Source: Magallana gigas
Lineage: Eukaryota
Assembly (NCBI RefSeq): GCF_963853765.1
Contig: NC_088858.1
Location: 53,568,001 to 53,632,000 of the forward strand
Length of the DNA: 64,000 nucleotides
Direction of reading: 5' to 3'
The notes below the pieces were generated by a model. It made no database searches, had not been told where the DNA came from, and saw only the letters and a list, made by a program, of their open reading frames with translations. A program made the translations under genes and the position numbers. This document shows positions 1-11,573 of the stretch, one piece after another. The first letter of the stretch is position 1. Each line of letters opens with the position of its first letter.

Positions 1-827
1 CCTCAATTGGTGAGATTATGTCGATAAACAATGTCACTTGATATTAAAACGAGTATTGACCGATCTTCTTATACATATCTGCTATCGACTAAGGCCCAAA
101 AATTTTATTCATTGGAAGGACAGTCTTATAAACGATAAGGAAATTCACGATAACTAGGTCTACAAAATCATCATGAATGCATCAAACATTGCAATGAACA
201 ATGACCCAATCATCATTTTTTAAGTTTTCACTTGAAAATTATCAAACTTCTATAATTCAGTATTAGCATCCTTTGCTAACCGGTCACACCCGCCGTGTGT
301 TCTTTGTCGTAATCGGGAAAACAAAAAAGTCAGTAGACAATTAGGTGATTAATTATGGTCTGACAATAAGTATGAAAAACGCCAGTCAGCATGCAGCCCA
401 GTGGAAGATTGTATTTGCTGAAAGGATCGTTGTATTGACAATAGACCTTACGAAAATATTACTTCAGCCGAGACTGTTGATATTTTCTGTTTTATCAACT
501 TGTTTGTCAGTAGCTTATAAATAAGATTCCAGGATGAAATGTTTATGTCAAGGCCTGATCCATGATCTTAATGAAAGGTGTGATAAATTTCATGATGTTC
601 TTTTTTTGAATGCAGATATGCACCACAAAAACGAAAATGATCCGAGATGTTTTGGAAAAGTGAGACAAAGTGCGATGATACAGAGAATGTGTTACAAGCG
701 CATGCCATTGTTTGTATCAGGGATACAAAAACCCTTAAAGTCATAGCAAGATATGATATAAATATGTAATTGTATTGCTATATCAAAATTGTTTTGTCAA
801 AAAAGAAACAGACTTCTTATTTTCAAG

Positions 828-2483
828 TCACTCAAGATATTTGATGATTTTGATGCAGTTGTTGTCACATTCTCCGACCCAAAGATTTTCGTTTTCATCC
901 AAGCTCAAAACAAACGGATCCTCCAAACCACACTTGATGTACCGTAAGAACTTTCCGTTTCTGTCGGTTACATGAACGCAGTTATTATCTCGATCTACGA
1001 CCAAGATACGACAGTAACTGTCCGTTGCGATTCCGTGGGGATAGAACTCTTTGAAGCTACAAGACCGATTTCCTGCATAGCGAAAGCGAAATTCCCCCGA
1101 CTTTTTCATCGAAATAACTGCGCATGCATTCCAGTCAGAAACACATATGTCACCATTTCCGTTTTCACAAATATACATATTGTTTCGGCTGATAGAAAAT
1201 AATGGTTTCCCAGTTTCATCAAATTGGAATTCTTGGTTTAATTTTCCTTTGGTGAAAAAACCCACTTTACTTTCTGTATAATCATTACGTCGCATACAGA
1301 CCATCAACTCTTCGTCTGAATTGAACATTAGGCCATATGGAATCCAGCCAGTCATATCGACATACTTCTCAATTCTATTTTTCTTTACTAGATAAATACA
1401 CTCGTTATTTTTGTGAGAAAATGCAATATGACCATCTTTACTCAAAGCTATATCCTTCTGACTGTTTCCAGACACAGCAATCACGCATTGTAACGTAGAA
1501 CCCGATTTGTCTAGCTGTCTAATCTTTTCATCATCTCCATAAATCCAAACTTTGTCATCAGACTCGCAGCGGATTCCTTTCAATTTTTTGCTATATGTGA
1601 ACATAACTGAAATGAGTGCTGGATTCTCAACTAATACACGGGTCGATACCATTGAAACATCGCCCGTTTTGGTTATTGTAATATCTGGAAGAGAAGATTG
1701 AAAAGATGACCTGAGAGACACAATTTGCTCAATGATGGTCTCTTTCCTGGTGTCTGGGAATATCAGTGTTGGGGGACTCACGTCTTTCCTGGATGGAACA
1801 AGTCGCAATTCTTCTACGTCTGACTTGTAATCGAGCATCTGAAAGGAGTTTTCTTCTTTAAGGATGCATTCATTTCTCTCGATGCATTGTTTCACTTTCT
1901 GATATGAAGATTGTATCTTCTCTACGTTGTCTTGCAAAATCTGCAGGTCTTGTTTGATCATGACCGCCAGCTGCTTTTCGATTTTTTCTATTGCATTATC
2001 AATGATTTTGTGCCAGACTTGTCCTAATTTCTCTAGAGAGCCATTTTCTTTATAGCAATGATCCTTGTATGATATTACCCTCATTTCCATATCTTTCACA
2101 ATTTTTGAATACTCTCTTTCAAAGTGATATAACTCTTTTAAATCTTCTGAGACGGAGTTTCGAGTTGATTCACATATTTCCTCCAAATCTACTGCCCCGT
2201 GTCTTTTGTGATTTCCGGTCAGACACCGCGAGCAGATTGGAACGTTACAGTCTTGGCAGTAGAGATCCTTCTCTTGTTTTGGATGATCCTCGCATTTCTG
2301 TACCTTATATTCCTGTTTCAGATACTGGGAAGTGAAGGGGACAATTTCATGCTTTGTTAATTTGTTTCTGTCAATGTGTTTGATCCTACAGTTTCCACAA
2401 AGGTTAACGTGACAACTTTTGCAATAATGTTGTACAACATTTGTACAAAGATCGCATCGAACGACATCCTGGGCTGTATTCAT
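828..2483 (-). CDS. Paralog A1: RING-less TRIM-NHL-like protein (B-box1, B-box2, coiled coil, NHL beta-propeller), 551 aa, single coding exon
   Basis: Intact ORF. CDLC..CKSC..CGNC..H..H and C..H..YCQDC..IC..C..H..H B-box patterns, helical mid-region, NHL-type repeats (ENGNGDICVSDW, PHGIATDSYCRILVVDRDNNCVHV, NLWVGEC). Confidence 0.9.
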   Translation of the reverse strand: MNTAQDVVRCDLCTNVVQHYCKSCHVNLCGNCRIKHIDRNKLTKHEIVPFTSQYLKQEYKVQKCEDHPKQEKDLYCQDCNVPICSRCLTGNHKRHGAVDLEEICESTRNSVSEDLKELYHFEREYSKIVKDMEMRVISYKDHCYKENGSLEKLGQVWHKIIDNAIEKIEKQLAVMIKQDLQILQDNVEKIQSSYQKVKQCIERNECILKEENSFQMLDYKSDVEELRLVPSRKDVSPPTLIFPDTRKETIIEQIVSLRSSFQSSLPDITITKTGDVSMVSTRVLVENPALISVMFTYSKKLKGIRCESDDKVWIYGDDEKIRQLDKSGSTLQCVIAVSGNSQKDIALSKDGHIAFSHKNNECIYLVKKNRIEKYVDMTGWIPYGLMFNSDEELMVCMRRNDYTESKVGFFTKGKLNQEFQFDETGKPLFSISRNNMYICENGNGDICVSDWNACAVISMKKSGEFRFRYAGNRSCSFKEFYPHGIATDSYCRILVVDRDNNCVHVTDRNGKFLRYIKCGLEDPFVLSLDENENLWVGECDNNCIKIIKYLE

Positions 2484-2502
2484 GGCTTTATCATTCAGAT
2501 AA

Positions 2503-2698
2503 CCTAAAGTAAAATTGAGAATATTTCGAATCTATTTGATCATGTAAATCAACTGTAAATTTAACAGTGAAAATGCACTTACCTTATCAAAAGATTGGCA
2601 AATGTTAAGCAGAGCATCACTTTACAGAGTCCAAACCATACCGTTTAAACAGCATATTTGATGTTTCCCTGTTTGAAATTTTAAAAATAAAACTTACC
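2503..2698 (-). other. Putative 5'-UTR intron of paralog A (acceptor 2,504-2,505; candidate GTAAG donors at 2,582 and 2,697)
   Basis: TTTTACTTTAG|GTTATCTG lies 20 nt before the ATG. Two G|GTAAGT sites upstream. All are conserved in copy 2 (about 30,600-30,800). Confidence 0.55.
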
Positions 2699-3161
2699 CT
2701 GTACATTCTTTTTTTGTTCCTTGATAAAACTGCATCCGTTCTAACAGCTTTCTTTAAGTATCTCAACATGCTGTGTAGATGTAAACACTTCCCTGTGTAG
2801 CAGGTTTTGACAAAAATACTTACAAAATACGAGAAAATTAACCTCTAATAGATCCCCTTTTTGAAAGTTTATAATTTCAAAGCTATTAATGATTTGTTTT
2901 ATAAATAATCACCCATGTGTCATCAAACACAAATTGTTTATAATGACTTGATTCAAAGAAGTTCATGTAGAATGCGGTTTTCAAAATCTTGGTCTATAAA
3001 CTTCAGTGCAAATCGGAGTAATCCTTACAAATCTGTTCTAACTTTAACTGATATGAATAAACCAATGCGGCGCATAACATTTTTACATGCAATTGGTGAA
3101 TGATTACAATTAAAATATTTTTGGTTTGTAATTTTCTATGGATTTTTTACTTAGTTTTGTT

Positions 3162-3325
3162 AGAAAGCGCACATTGACCTCCTAGAATATACAGTAATAA
3201 ATTGCACTGCAAATAGCATGTTTTACGTCTCTAAAGAGAAAGTAGAAAGCGCACATTGACCTCCTAGAATATACAGTAATAAATTGCACTGCAAATAGCA
3301 TGTTTTACGTCTCTAAAGAGAAAGT
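3162..3325. repeat. Perfect 82-bp tandem duplication
   Basis: AGAAAGCGCACATTGACC...CTAAAGAGAAAGT occurs at 3,162 and 3,244. The paralogous site (about 31,265) has one copy. Confidence 0.95.
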
Positions 3326-4119
3326 ACAGCGCATCTTATCAAAAAACCGACTTGAAAATTTTTTCGATCGAGTTTGGTATTTTTGTACTACTCAAGAATG
3401 TATAAACGCTCAGAAAATCACAAAGTTCTCCATGAGAGAATTCTAATTGTTTCATTAATATTTAAATCAATAATTACGTAAAACCCATACATATTTACAT
3501 CAAACGTGTTAAGGGGTTCAGCCTTCTATACTATTACGCATGCGTATTTACTGTACACAAAACACATGCAGGGCTCGCGAAGATTTTCCTGGACATGTTT
3601 TTTGATGAAAAATATGTCTTTATCAAAGGTAATAATTGTTCAAAGTTTTTAAAATTAACAGAATTATTATTTTGTAAGCATGTATTTTCCGTGTTTATCA
3701 CGGGAGTTGCTACAACCTAAATTCATGTTTTGTAAATTAGGCCCCTTGAGGGTTATATGACAAAATGTCTGTTCATTTTAAAATGAACCGAAATTAGTAA
3801 ACTATAGATAAAGTATCGAGAAAGTGATGATGTGTTCCGTTTAGAGGGTCCCTTTAATCTTGTATACTATGATGACCGTAGTCGGACAAAGATCTTGTAG
3901 TATTCAGCATGTGTCAATTACTGTCAAATAAACGATATAAGATTATTCGGTTTTGTACGACCCTTCAATTTCTGGAAGCTCAGAATTACGTTAAATAGGT
4001 ATGTGAAAGGGATTTTTATGTATTTTAACTATTACAATCAACGTTATTTCTTATTTCCTAATGATACAATAGGTAAATCTGAAGTTATTCACACATGTGT
4101 TTTCAGCTGTACTGTCTCT
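3317..4119. mobile_element. Non-autonomous DNA transposon, TTAA target, AG..CT termini (Kolobok-type)
   Basis: TIRs AGAGAAAGTACAGC / GCTGTACTGTCTCT (13/14), flanked by CTAA and TTAA. Absent from copy 2, which has a single TTAA at about 31,328. Confidence 0.75.
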
Positions 4120-6877
4120 TTAAAGTTGAATTTGGATCTCCAAATCACATGGAGGACATTGTTCTTTGTGGAAAATATTAGCACAGAACACCTCATCTAA
4201 TTAAACCTTCATTATTGATATTAATGAGGAGGTATTACATTCCTGTGATCGAAATGGGCATTATAATTGACAGTATACAGGTAACTTTTGCAAGTAACAA
4301 GCAAACACATGCATTTTCCCGTCATTTAAGATTGACGCAAATTATAGCGTGTATGGCTTTAATATATACATTGTATCATTCATTCAAGTAGGGATAGAAA
4401 GATATATGCAGCACTTCATTTCCACAGTTATAGTACCATACTTCTCATTACAACGGAGAGAAACACGTAGAAGGTGCTCATGAGTATAGTGAATGAATAT
4501 GAAATTTTAGCGGCAAACATATTATGTTGTTACATATTGTAATGATGCACTATTATACGCTATAATTTAATCATAATTACATTATAAACTAAAATAGAAA
4601 GTTTTTACCATTTTATCAATGAAATCTCTAGATAAAAATGGAGGTGAATTTAAGCGCATAAGGGAGAACTGCAACCAAGAATATCAAAATAACTTAAAGA
4701 TATTTTGCTTCATTAATTAATGTATATATGCATGTAATTGTATATACAAAATAATTGCATTAAATAGCTCGACTTTTTAAGAAATCTGTATTTAGTCAAA
4801 TACGACCCATACTTTCCATCATTTAAAACCAAGAAATCGATGTACATGTATCGTTATTAACCAATATTGATCAGATGCACTTGCAGGATCCCTTCTATTT
4901 TATTATAGTGAGAATGTTCATGTAGGTTAGTTCTAAACATTACAAAGGATGGGGGATGCCTAAGTATAACACTTTCTATAACTACTTATTAATCATTTAT
5001 TATTTATGTTACATGCCACAAATCTTGGAAAGGGAAAATTTTAATAGAACAAGCGGTAAATCAGTGACGGATTCAAGGAGGGCGCACTCTGCGCCCCCTC
5101 CCCTCCTCCTAGAATTGTCAAAATAAGATTAAATCATACTCCTTCTGACAACGAAAATGTGTTGTTGTGGTTTTTTTTTGGAAACTCATGGGATTTCTGC
5201 AGACCGTTAATTACTTCGTTCTTTTCAAAGATTTTATCGATGCTCTATACTAACCTTTCCAAAAACATTTGACATAAACACAATTTGTTGATAAGTTTCC
5301 CAATAACACTGGATTTATCGTCTTTGTTGCTTTGAAGTTTATAAGTTTTAGATGCAGACACATTTCCATACTTGCAGATGAAAAATGGCATATGTACATG
5401 TAAATAATGTGTAACATTTTGCTGATAAATAATTTATCTGAATACATGTACAGTTTGCCTGCATGTCAGGGCTATTTACATGAATTACCGTGCTCTGACT
5501 ACTCTAGGAGACGCAAAATTTCCTCCACAGGATTTTGGAGCATACTCCAAATGGTACTCAGCGGAGAACGTACTACAAAACTTTTATAACCTCAATTTTT
5601 AGAGTCGTACTCATTGGAGCACATACTCGGAGAACGGAGTACAAGTTTGATTACGAGTATGGAAAAAGTTTAATAACCTTAAGGCCAGATTATCTTTTTG
5701 TATTTCATTTATAAACAATCATAAACTGTCATACGGTAAAGAAAATGTTTCAAATATTTCAGCCTTTAAATTCAAATAATTTTCTTTTCTTACAATACGC
5801 TCTTTTTACAAAAAAGAAAGAAATAGATGATAAGGTCCAAACATAGTCAAGATCATCCAGTTTCTTAAAATAAATATGTTTTATGGCAAATGAGGAAAAA
5901 CATGTGAACCAAGACATGGAATAAATAACTCTTGTTTATGTTCAGTGTAAGTAAGTAAAATAAGGTTTTCAAAAAAGTATAAAATATTACAAAAATCTCC
6001 AAATAAATATCTAATAATATACGTATATCCACTGTCTAGCAGGCGGGTTTGTCTGCTGTTTTTTTTTTTTTTTACAGTTTTTAACGTTTCCGTCTTATTT
6101 TCTTTTAATTACATATAATATATAATATAATAAATTACAAGTATATTGAAAAAAAAACATAATATGGTTTTATATACGAAATAATAGTTTACAATTGATT
6201 ACGACGTAATGAAAACAGGTAACTGAAACAGGGGAAAATATTCAATTGTTAGGTGTTTATGCATGTTGTATAAAGTAGAATCAGATCTCCCTTGCATGAA
6301 TAGAATTAGTACGACACCTTTGTATGTCAGTATTGAGATTTCTTCCTGTACATTATCTTGAAAATCAATGGGTTGTCTGCTGACATTTCCTTATGAAGCA
6401 TGTTTCATTTATTATTATGCAGAATGTTTCATATATTTCGATGTACATGTAGCAGGTTTCAATATCAAATTGTGCATGGAAGCACAGAAAAAGAATGATC
6501 AATATTTCAATGTTTTGCTTTTGATATTATTGATTGACAAGCTTATCTTTTAAAAAGATTGGCGAGCTAGCGCTGTAGCCATCATTAAACACAGAAAAAT
6601 ATTTATTAACAATGGTTTGAATTTCTGAATCGATTAATTAACAATAGGATGGCACAGTGGTGTACTGAAATTGTGCTGGAGTTGGGTCTCAATTTAGAAT
6701 TGTGAATCTAGAATGGCATAGTTCATTGATTGTGCCTTAATCATTATGTATTTAAAATTTTAAAGAACAATTCGTACTGTTTTTTAGCAATCGTATTGTC
6801 TCGGGCCTTTCCGGCGAGCTTGGAAAACAATATCCGAGGTTGTTTTCCGAGCTTGAAGGAATAAAGCTAGCTATTAA

Positions 6878-7489
6878 AGCTGCTTTGTCCGATTTGTTTG
6901 TTATTACAGTATCCACATTTTTCCCATACAAATCATTCATCTTAAAAAGTTATGGACTTTCTCCAATTTACACCAGCAGAATCAGTCTCTTTTCAAAGTT
7001 AGATTTATTCGAAGTAAATAAAAATAATTTCTCTTTGGGCAAACGAAAAAACAAACCAAAATGCATCACGGGAATGTTTAGAAAAGGAAACCGCTTGGTT
7101 TCGTCCCCCGAATGATTGGGGTTATTCAACCCGCATGCTATGCATCGATTGTAAAGAAAGCAAACTTCAGAAATATTAGCAAACAAAACGTACACATGTT
7201 TATTTGTAATTTGTCTGATCATTTCGACCTTTTTTTAAAGCGATGTCAAATTCTTAATACAACCATACCAGTCTCGTCGTCAGGGGTGAAATTTAACATG
7301 AGGCGAAATAACGCGGTACCTTTTAATGTCGTTTGCTTTGTTAGCAAATTTTGTACGTATTTTTCTTCATTGAAATTTGGCATAATTGACGGGTAAAACT
7401 ACTGCAATGTCTATTACTATACATATACTAAGCATAGCCATCGTTTAAAAGCGTGCATAAAATTTGATATAAAATCGGACAAAGCAGCT
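6878..7489. mobile_element. Non-autonomous DNA transposon with TTAA TSD (Kolobok-type), 612 bp
   Basis: Perfect TIR AGCTGCTTTGTCCGATTT / AAATCGGACAAAGCAGCT with TTAA on both sides. Empty site in copy 2 at 36,305 (TTCA). Confidence 0.88.
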
Positions 7490-7659
7490 TTAATCATAAT
7501 ATTTAAAATAACTTTGCATTATAAGACTTAAGCTACTGTTACTTTTTGACATTTACAATAGAACACAAAACTTCTTGTGAAGATTAAAAACGAAATTCAA
7601 ATGGTACAGTTTTTCGACAGTAGTACAGAATTCCCAGAATCCTTTGCTATGGAGTCGAG

Positions 7660-7683
7660 TAATAATAATAATAATAATAATAA
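7660..7683. repeat. (TAA)8 microsatellite, probable 3' tail of the minus-strand L2 insertion
   Basis: Sits exactly at the left boundary of the 1.93-kb insertion that is missing from copy 2. Confidence 0.7.
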
Positions 7684-7960
7684 CTATAGCAAATCTCGTT
7701 GGAAATCAACGAGTGGATCTTTCGTTAATGTCGAAAGTAAAGCTAGAAGTTCCTGTAAGAAGCAGAGTTCTTAAACCAATAAACATGAGTAACTAAGACA
7801 AAAAGAAAAAAATTCTTGGTACGAGTTAACAAAATCCGAATGATTCTAAGTACGAATTAACAAGAACCTTATCGATTTCAAGAACGACTTAGCAAATACA
7901 AATCCGAATGTGTAAAAAGTACGACTGAACAATTATCGAAAATTTTTAGGTACGAGTTAA
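7682..7960 (-). mobile_element. Helitron-type 3' end plus degenerate ~31-bp minisatellite (GTACGAGTTAAC core)
   Basis: 7,682-7,790 is the reverse complement of 49,331-49,447 (hairpin CTCGTTG-ATTTC-CAACGAG followed by ATAG-TT in place of CTAG-TT). About five degenerate repeats at 7,810-7,950. Confidence 0.55.
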
Positions 7961-8129
7961 TTTAACTCTGAAAATAAAACTATTTTATTAACCAAGAATG
8001 TGGAATCAAAATTTCCGGAAAAATCAATGTTTAAACTCCTATATATCTGTAATGCATCGTCCGATTTTAAAACTTTTTACATAAAATGGACATTACAAAA
8101 CATAAAATAGATAGCTATAATACAAAAGT

Positions 8130-9591
8130 GACAAGCTCCCGTCGAATCATAGAGTTACAGATTGTAACTAATTCCTGTTAGTATTCTGGAGCGAATCCAT
8201 GAATTGTCAAGTAGGTAAAAACAAGGATTTTATATTTCTGACAGAATTCTACCCGAAGCCAATGTAAATCAGCAAGAATAGGGGTGATATGACCTCGTTT
8301 TCTTTTTTTTTGGTCACAAGTCGAGCTGCGGTATTTTGGAATTTTTGTAATTTATTTATGGAGCCTTTGTTTATGTTAAAAAGTAAAGTATTTCCATGGT
8401 CAAGTCTTGAAGTTACTAAGGATTTAAAGAGTGTCTTACACGCGTCTGTTGAGATAAATCCCCTTATTCTTCCAGTGTTTCTGAGATGATAGTTGCCAGT
8501 TTTAATGATGTATGAAACTTGCTTTTCCATGGTAAGAAAACTGTCGGAAATGGTTGCCTAGATTTCGAACTGATATTACACTGCTGTTGATGACACTTTC
8601 TGCTACTTTTAATTGTAGGACTGGCAGATTTTTGGATTGGAATTCTGTTGTAAAAATTATCAATTCGGTTTTTTCCTGGTTTAATTTAATGACATCCAGT
8701 TACATGTACTTATATCCTGCAAACATTTTTCGAGGCGTAGAAAGTAGCTGTTCCAGTTTTCATCGGTTTTAATTATCATGTATACTTGGGTGTCACCAGC
8801 ATAACAATGATACTTGAAACCGAGGTGACGACATATGTCTCCAATTGGTTTAGAAAAAAGGCAATATAATTTTGGTCCCAGGACGGATCCCTGTGGAACA
8901 CCAAACTGAAGATGGCAAGGGTCTGACGTATCCGTTCCAATGACAACACATTGGTGCCTGTTGTATGATTGTATCAAAGCCAGGGATTTTCCATCGATCC
9001 CCGTTGTTGTCTCTAGCCGTTGAAATAGAATTGTGTGATCTATAACATCAAAGGCTGCTAAATGGTCAAGGAGTACCATTACAGCGGACGATTGATTGTC
9101 CAAAGCCTCCATGATGTCATGACTAACCCTGAGAAGTGCTGTTTTCGTAGAGAGTTGTTGTCTGTAATCCGACTGCAAAGAATCCCTTAACAAATTTTTG
9201 TCCAGATGTTCGTCCAGGCGGTTAGCAACAACTTTTTCCAAGATTTTCGAGATAAAAGGGAGATTGGATACAGGACGATAATTTTTATAAACTTCCTTAT
9301 CCAGACCAGATTTTTTTCAGCAATGGTCTCACTAATGCCTCTTTAAACACTGAAGGTACTTCTGATTGATCGAATGACACACTAATAATGTTGGTAAGAG
9401 AATAGAATCACTTCGTCTTCTGTTGTGTGTCGAAAACTCATTAATGGAATGCCACTAAAATGAATATCCACGGACAGTGATGTTTCGATGTTAAAGGTAG
9501 TAAGCTTTCTCAGACCATCTCTAATTGTTGTCACCTTATTGACAAAGAATTTAGAAAATTCATTTGCCAACTCCTTGTTGGATGTTGAAGA
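8130..9591 (-). mobile_element. 5'-truncated, degenerate L2-clade LINE (reverse transcriptase relic)
   Basis: Frameshifted ORFs contain QSDYRQQLSTKTALL, LLDHLAAFDVIDH, GVPQGSVLGP, HCYAGDTQVY (YADD altered), NYHLRNTGRIR, SRLDHGN and LQKFQNTAARL; another frame continues DLHWLRVEFCQKYKILVFTY. RT similarity begins at the insertion boundary (9,591). Confidence 0.9.
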
Positions 9592-9916
9592 CGTATTCCA
9601 GTGAAAAAGACTAACGTAGTTGCTAGCACTCGAAAGCACTAGCAATTATGTGTATGTACAATTGAATTTCAAAACTTTTCCATCAAATAGCCGTTTAATA
9701 CCTTGAATTCTTACTTTTTTAGCCTTTTAATATGTGTCTTACCTTACACCCATCGTTATGGGTTTTTTCTTACTATGAACATGTTTATGTTTCGCTTATG
9801 TTTAATCATAAGATACTTATAAGTTAAAAAAAAACCAAATCGACTTAATTTTTAACAACAGTCTAGAAAAAGTCATTGCGCAGAACTGCTTAATTGAGAT
9901 GTGTTTGTATTATTAA

Positions 9917-11559
9917 TCACTCAAGATACTTGATGATTCTGATGCAGTTGGTGTCGCATTCTCCGACCCAAAGATTTTCCTCTGAATCCAGGCTCAAAGC
10001 ATACGGATCCTTCAAACCGCATTTAATGTATCGTAAGAATGTTCCGTTCCGATCAATTACACGGACGCAGTTATTATCGCGGTCTGCGACCAGAATACGA
10101 CAACAACTATCCGTTGCGATCCCATGGGGGTAGAAATTTTTGATAATTGGCGAATTAGACCCAGTATAACGAAAGCGAAATTCTCCGGATTTTTTCATCA
10201 CTATCACTGCGCGAGCATTCCAGTCAGAAACACAGATGTCACCATTTCCGTTCTCGCAAATGTACATATTGTTTCGACCCGGTAAAAATAAAGGTTTTCC
10301 TGTGTTGTCGAATTGAATTTCCTGTTTCAGACTCCCGTTGGCAAACACTCCTACTTTGCTTTCCTCTTGATTATTTGTTCTCATGCATACCATCAAATCT
10401 CCTTCTGAATTGAAGCAGAGGCCATATGGAATCCACCCAGCCATGTCAACAAACTTTTCAATCCCTTTTTTGTTTACGAGATAAATACATTCATCTTCTT
10501 CGTGGGCAAATGCTATATGACCATCTTTATTTATCGCTATATCTTTCTGGATGCCTTTAGAAACGGCATTGAAGACATTCAATATAGAACCTGATTTGTC
10601 TAGCTGTTTTATTTCTTCGTCATCTCCATAGATCCAAACCTTTTCGTCCGACTCGCAGCAGATCCCTTTCAATTTTTTACTATAGGTGAAAATAGCTTTA
10701 AGAAGTGTTGGTTCTGTCATTAACACTCTTGTGGATACCATAGAAATATCGCCTGCTTTGGATATCGTAAATCCAGGAAGAATGGAATGAACAGACGGTT
10801 TAAGAGACACAACTTGTTCAATGATTTTTTCTTCCTTAATGTTGGGCATTATAAGTTTTGGTGAGCTGACATCTTTCATGGATGGAACAAGTCGCAATTC
10901 ATCTACGCTCGACTTGTACTCAAGCATCTCAATAGGGTTGTCCTCTTCTAGGAGCCTATTATTTCTTTCAATACAATATTTTACTCTTTTATACGAACCT
11001 TGCATTTCGTCTTTGTTGTCTTGCAAAATCTGCAGGTCTTCTTTAACCATGTTGGCCAGCTGCTTTTGGATTCTTTCTATTTCCCTATCGACGATTTTGT
11101 GCAATTCTTCTCCTAGTTTCATGAGTGAACTATTTTCGTGATTGGTATGCTCAGTGTAAATAGTGGCCTTCTCCTCCAGACCTTTTATGACCTTTGAATA
11201 TTCAACCTGGAAGATTTTCAACTCCTTCAAATCCCCTGTGATGGTCATCCGCGAAGTTTCACAAATGTCCTTCAAAACCTCTATACCATGTCGTTTGTGA
11301 TTTCGAGTCGGACACAACTGACAGATTGGCACTTTACAGTCTTGACAGTAAAAAGTCTTTAGTTCTGTAGGGTGATCCACACATTTCTGCCACTCGTGAT
11401 GCTTTGACGTGAACGGGATAATTTCGTGAGGTGTTGATTTGCTTTTATCGATGTGTTCATCTTTGCATTGTAGACAGAGATTTTTTGACAAATCTTGCAA
11501 TGATGTGTTACAGCTTCTGTACATTGACTGCAGCGAACAACATCTTGAGCGGTATTCAT
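9917..11559 (-). pseudogene. Paralog B1: B-box/coiled-coil/NHL gene with a 1-nt deletion near codon 25 (pseudogene or homopolymer assembly error)
   Basis: T6 at 11,481-11,486 versus T7 in B2. Two ORFs (11,359-11,574 and 9,917-11,524) together rebuild the 547-aa B2 protein. Span is 1,643 = 1,644-1 nt. Confidence 0.85.
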
Positions 11560-11573
11560 GGCTTTATAGACCA

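Noticed and set aside
828-2483. Retrogene origin for the intronless coding regions
   Set aside because: Conserved splice acceptors lie 14-20 nt before each ATG with upstream donors, and there are no poly(A) tails or TSDs; DNA-level duplication fits better.
2484-6800. A RING-finger exon upstream of the B-box genes
   Set aside because: No C3HC4-like frame among the listed ORFs or noticed by eye upstream of A, B or C; very small exons cannot be excluded.
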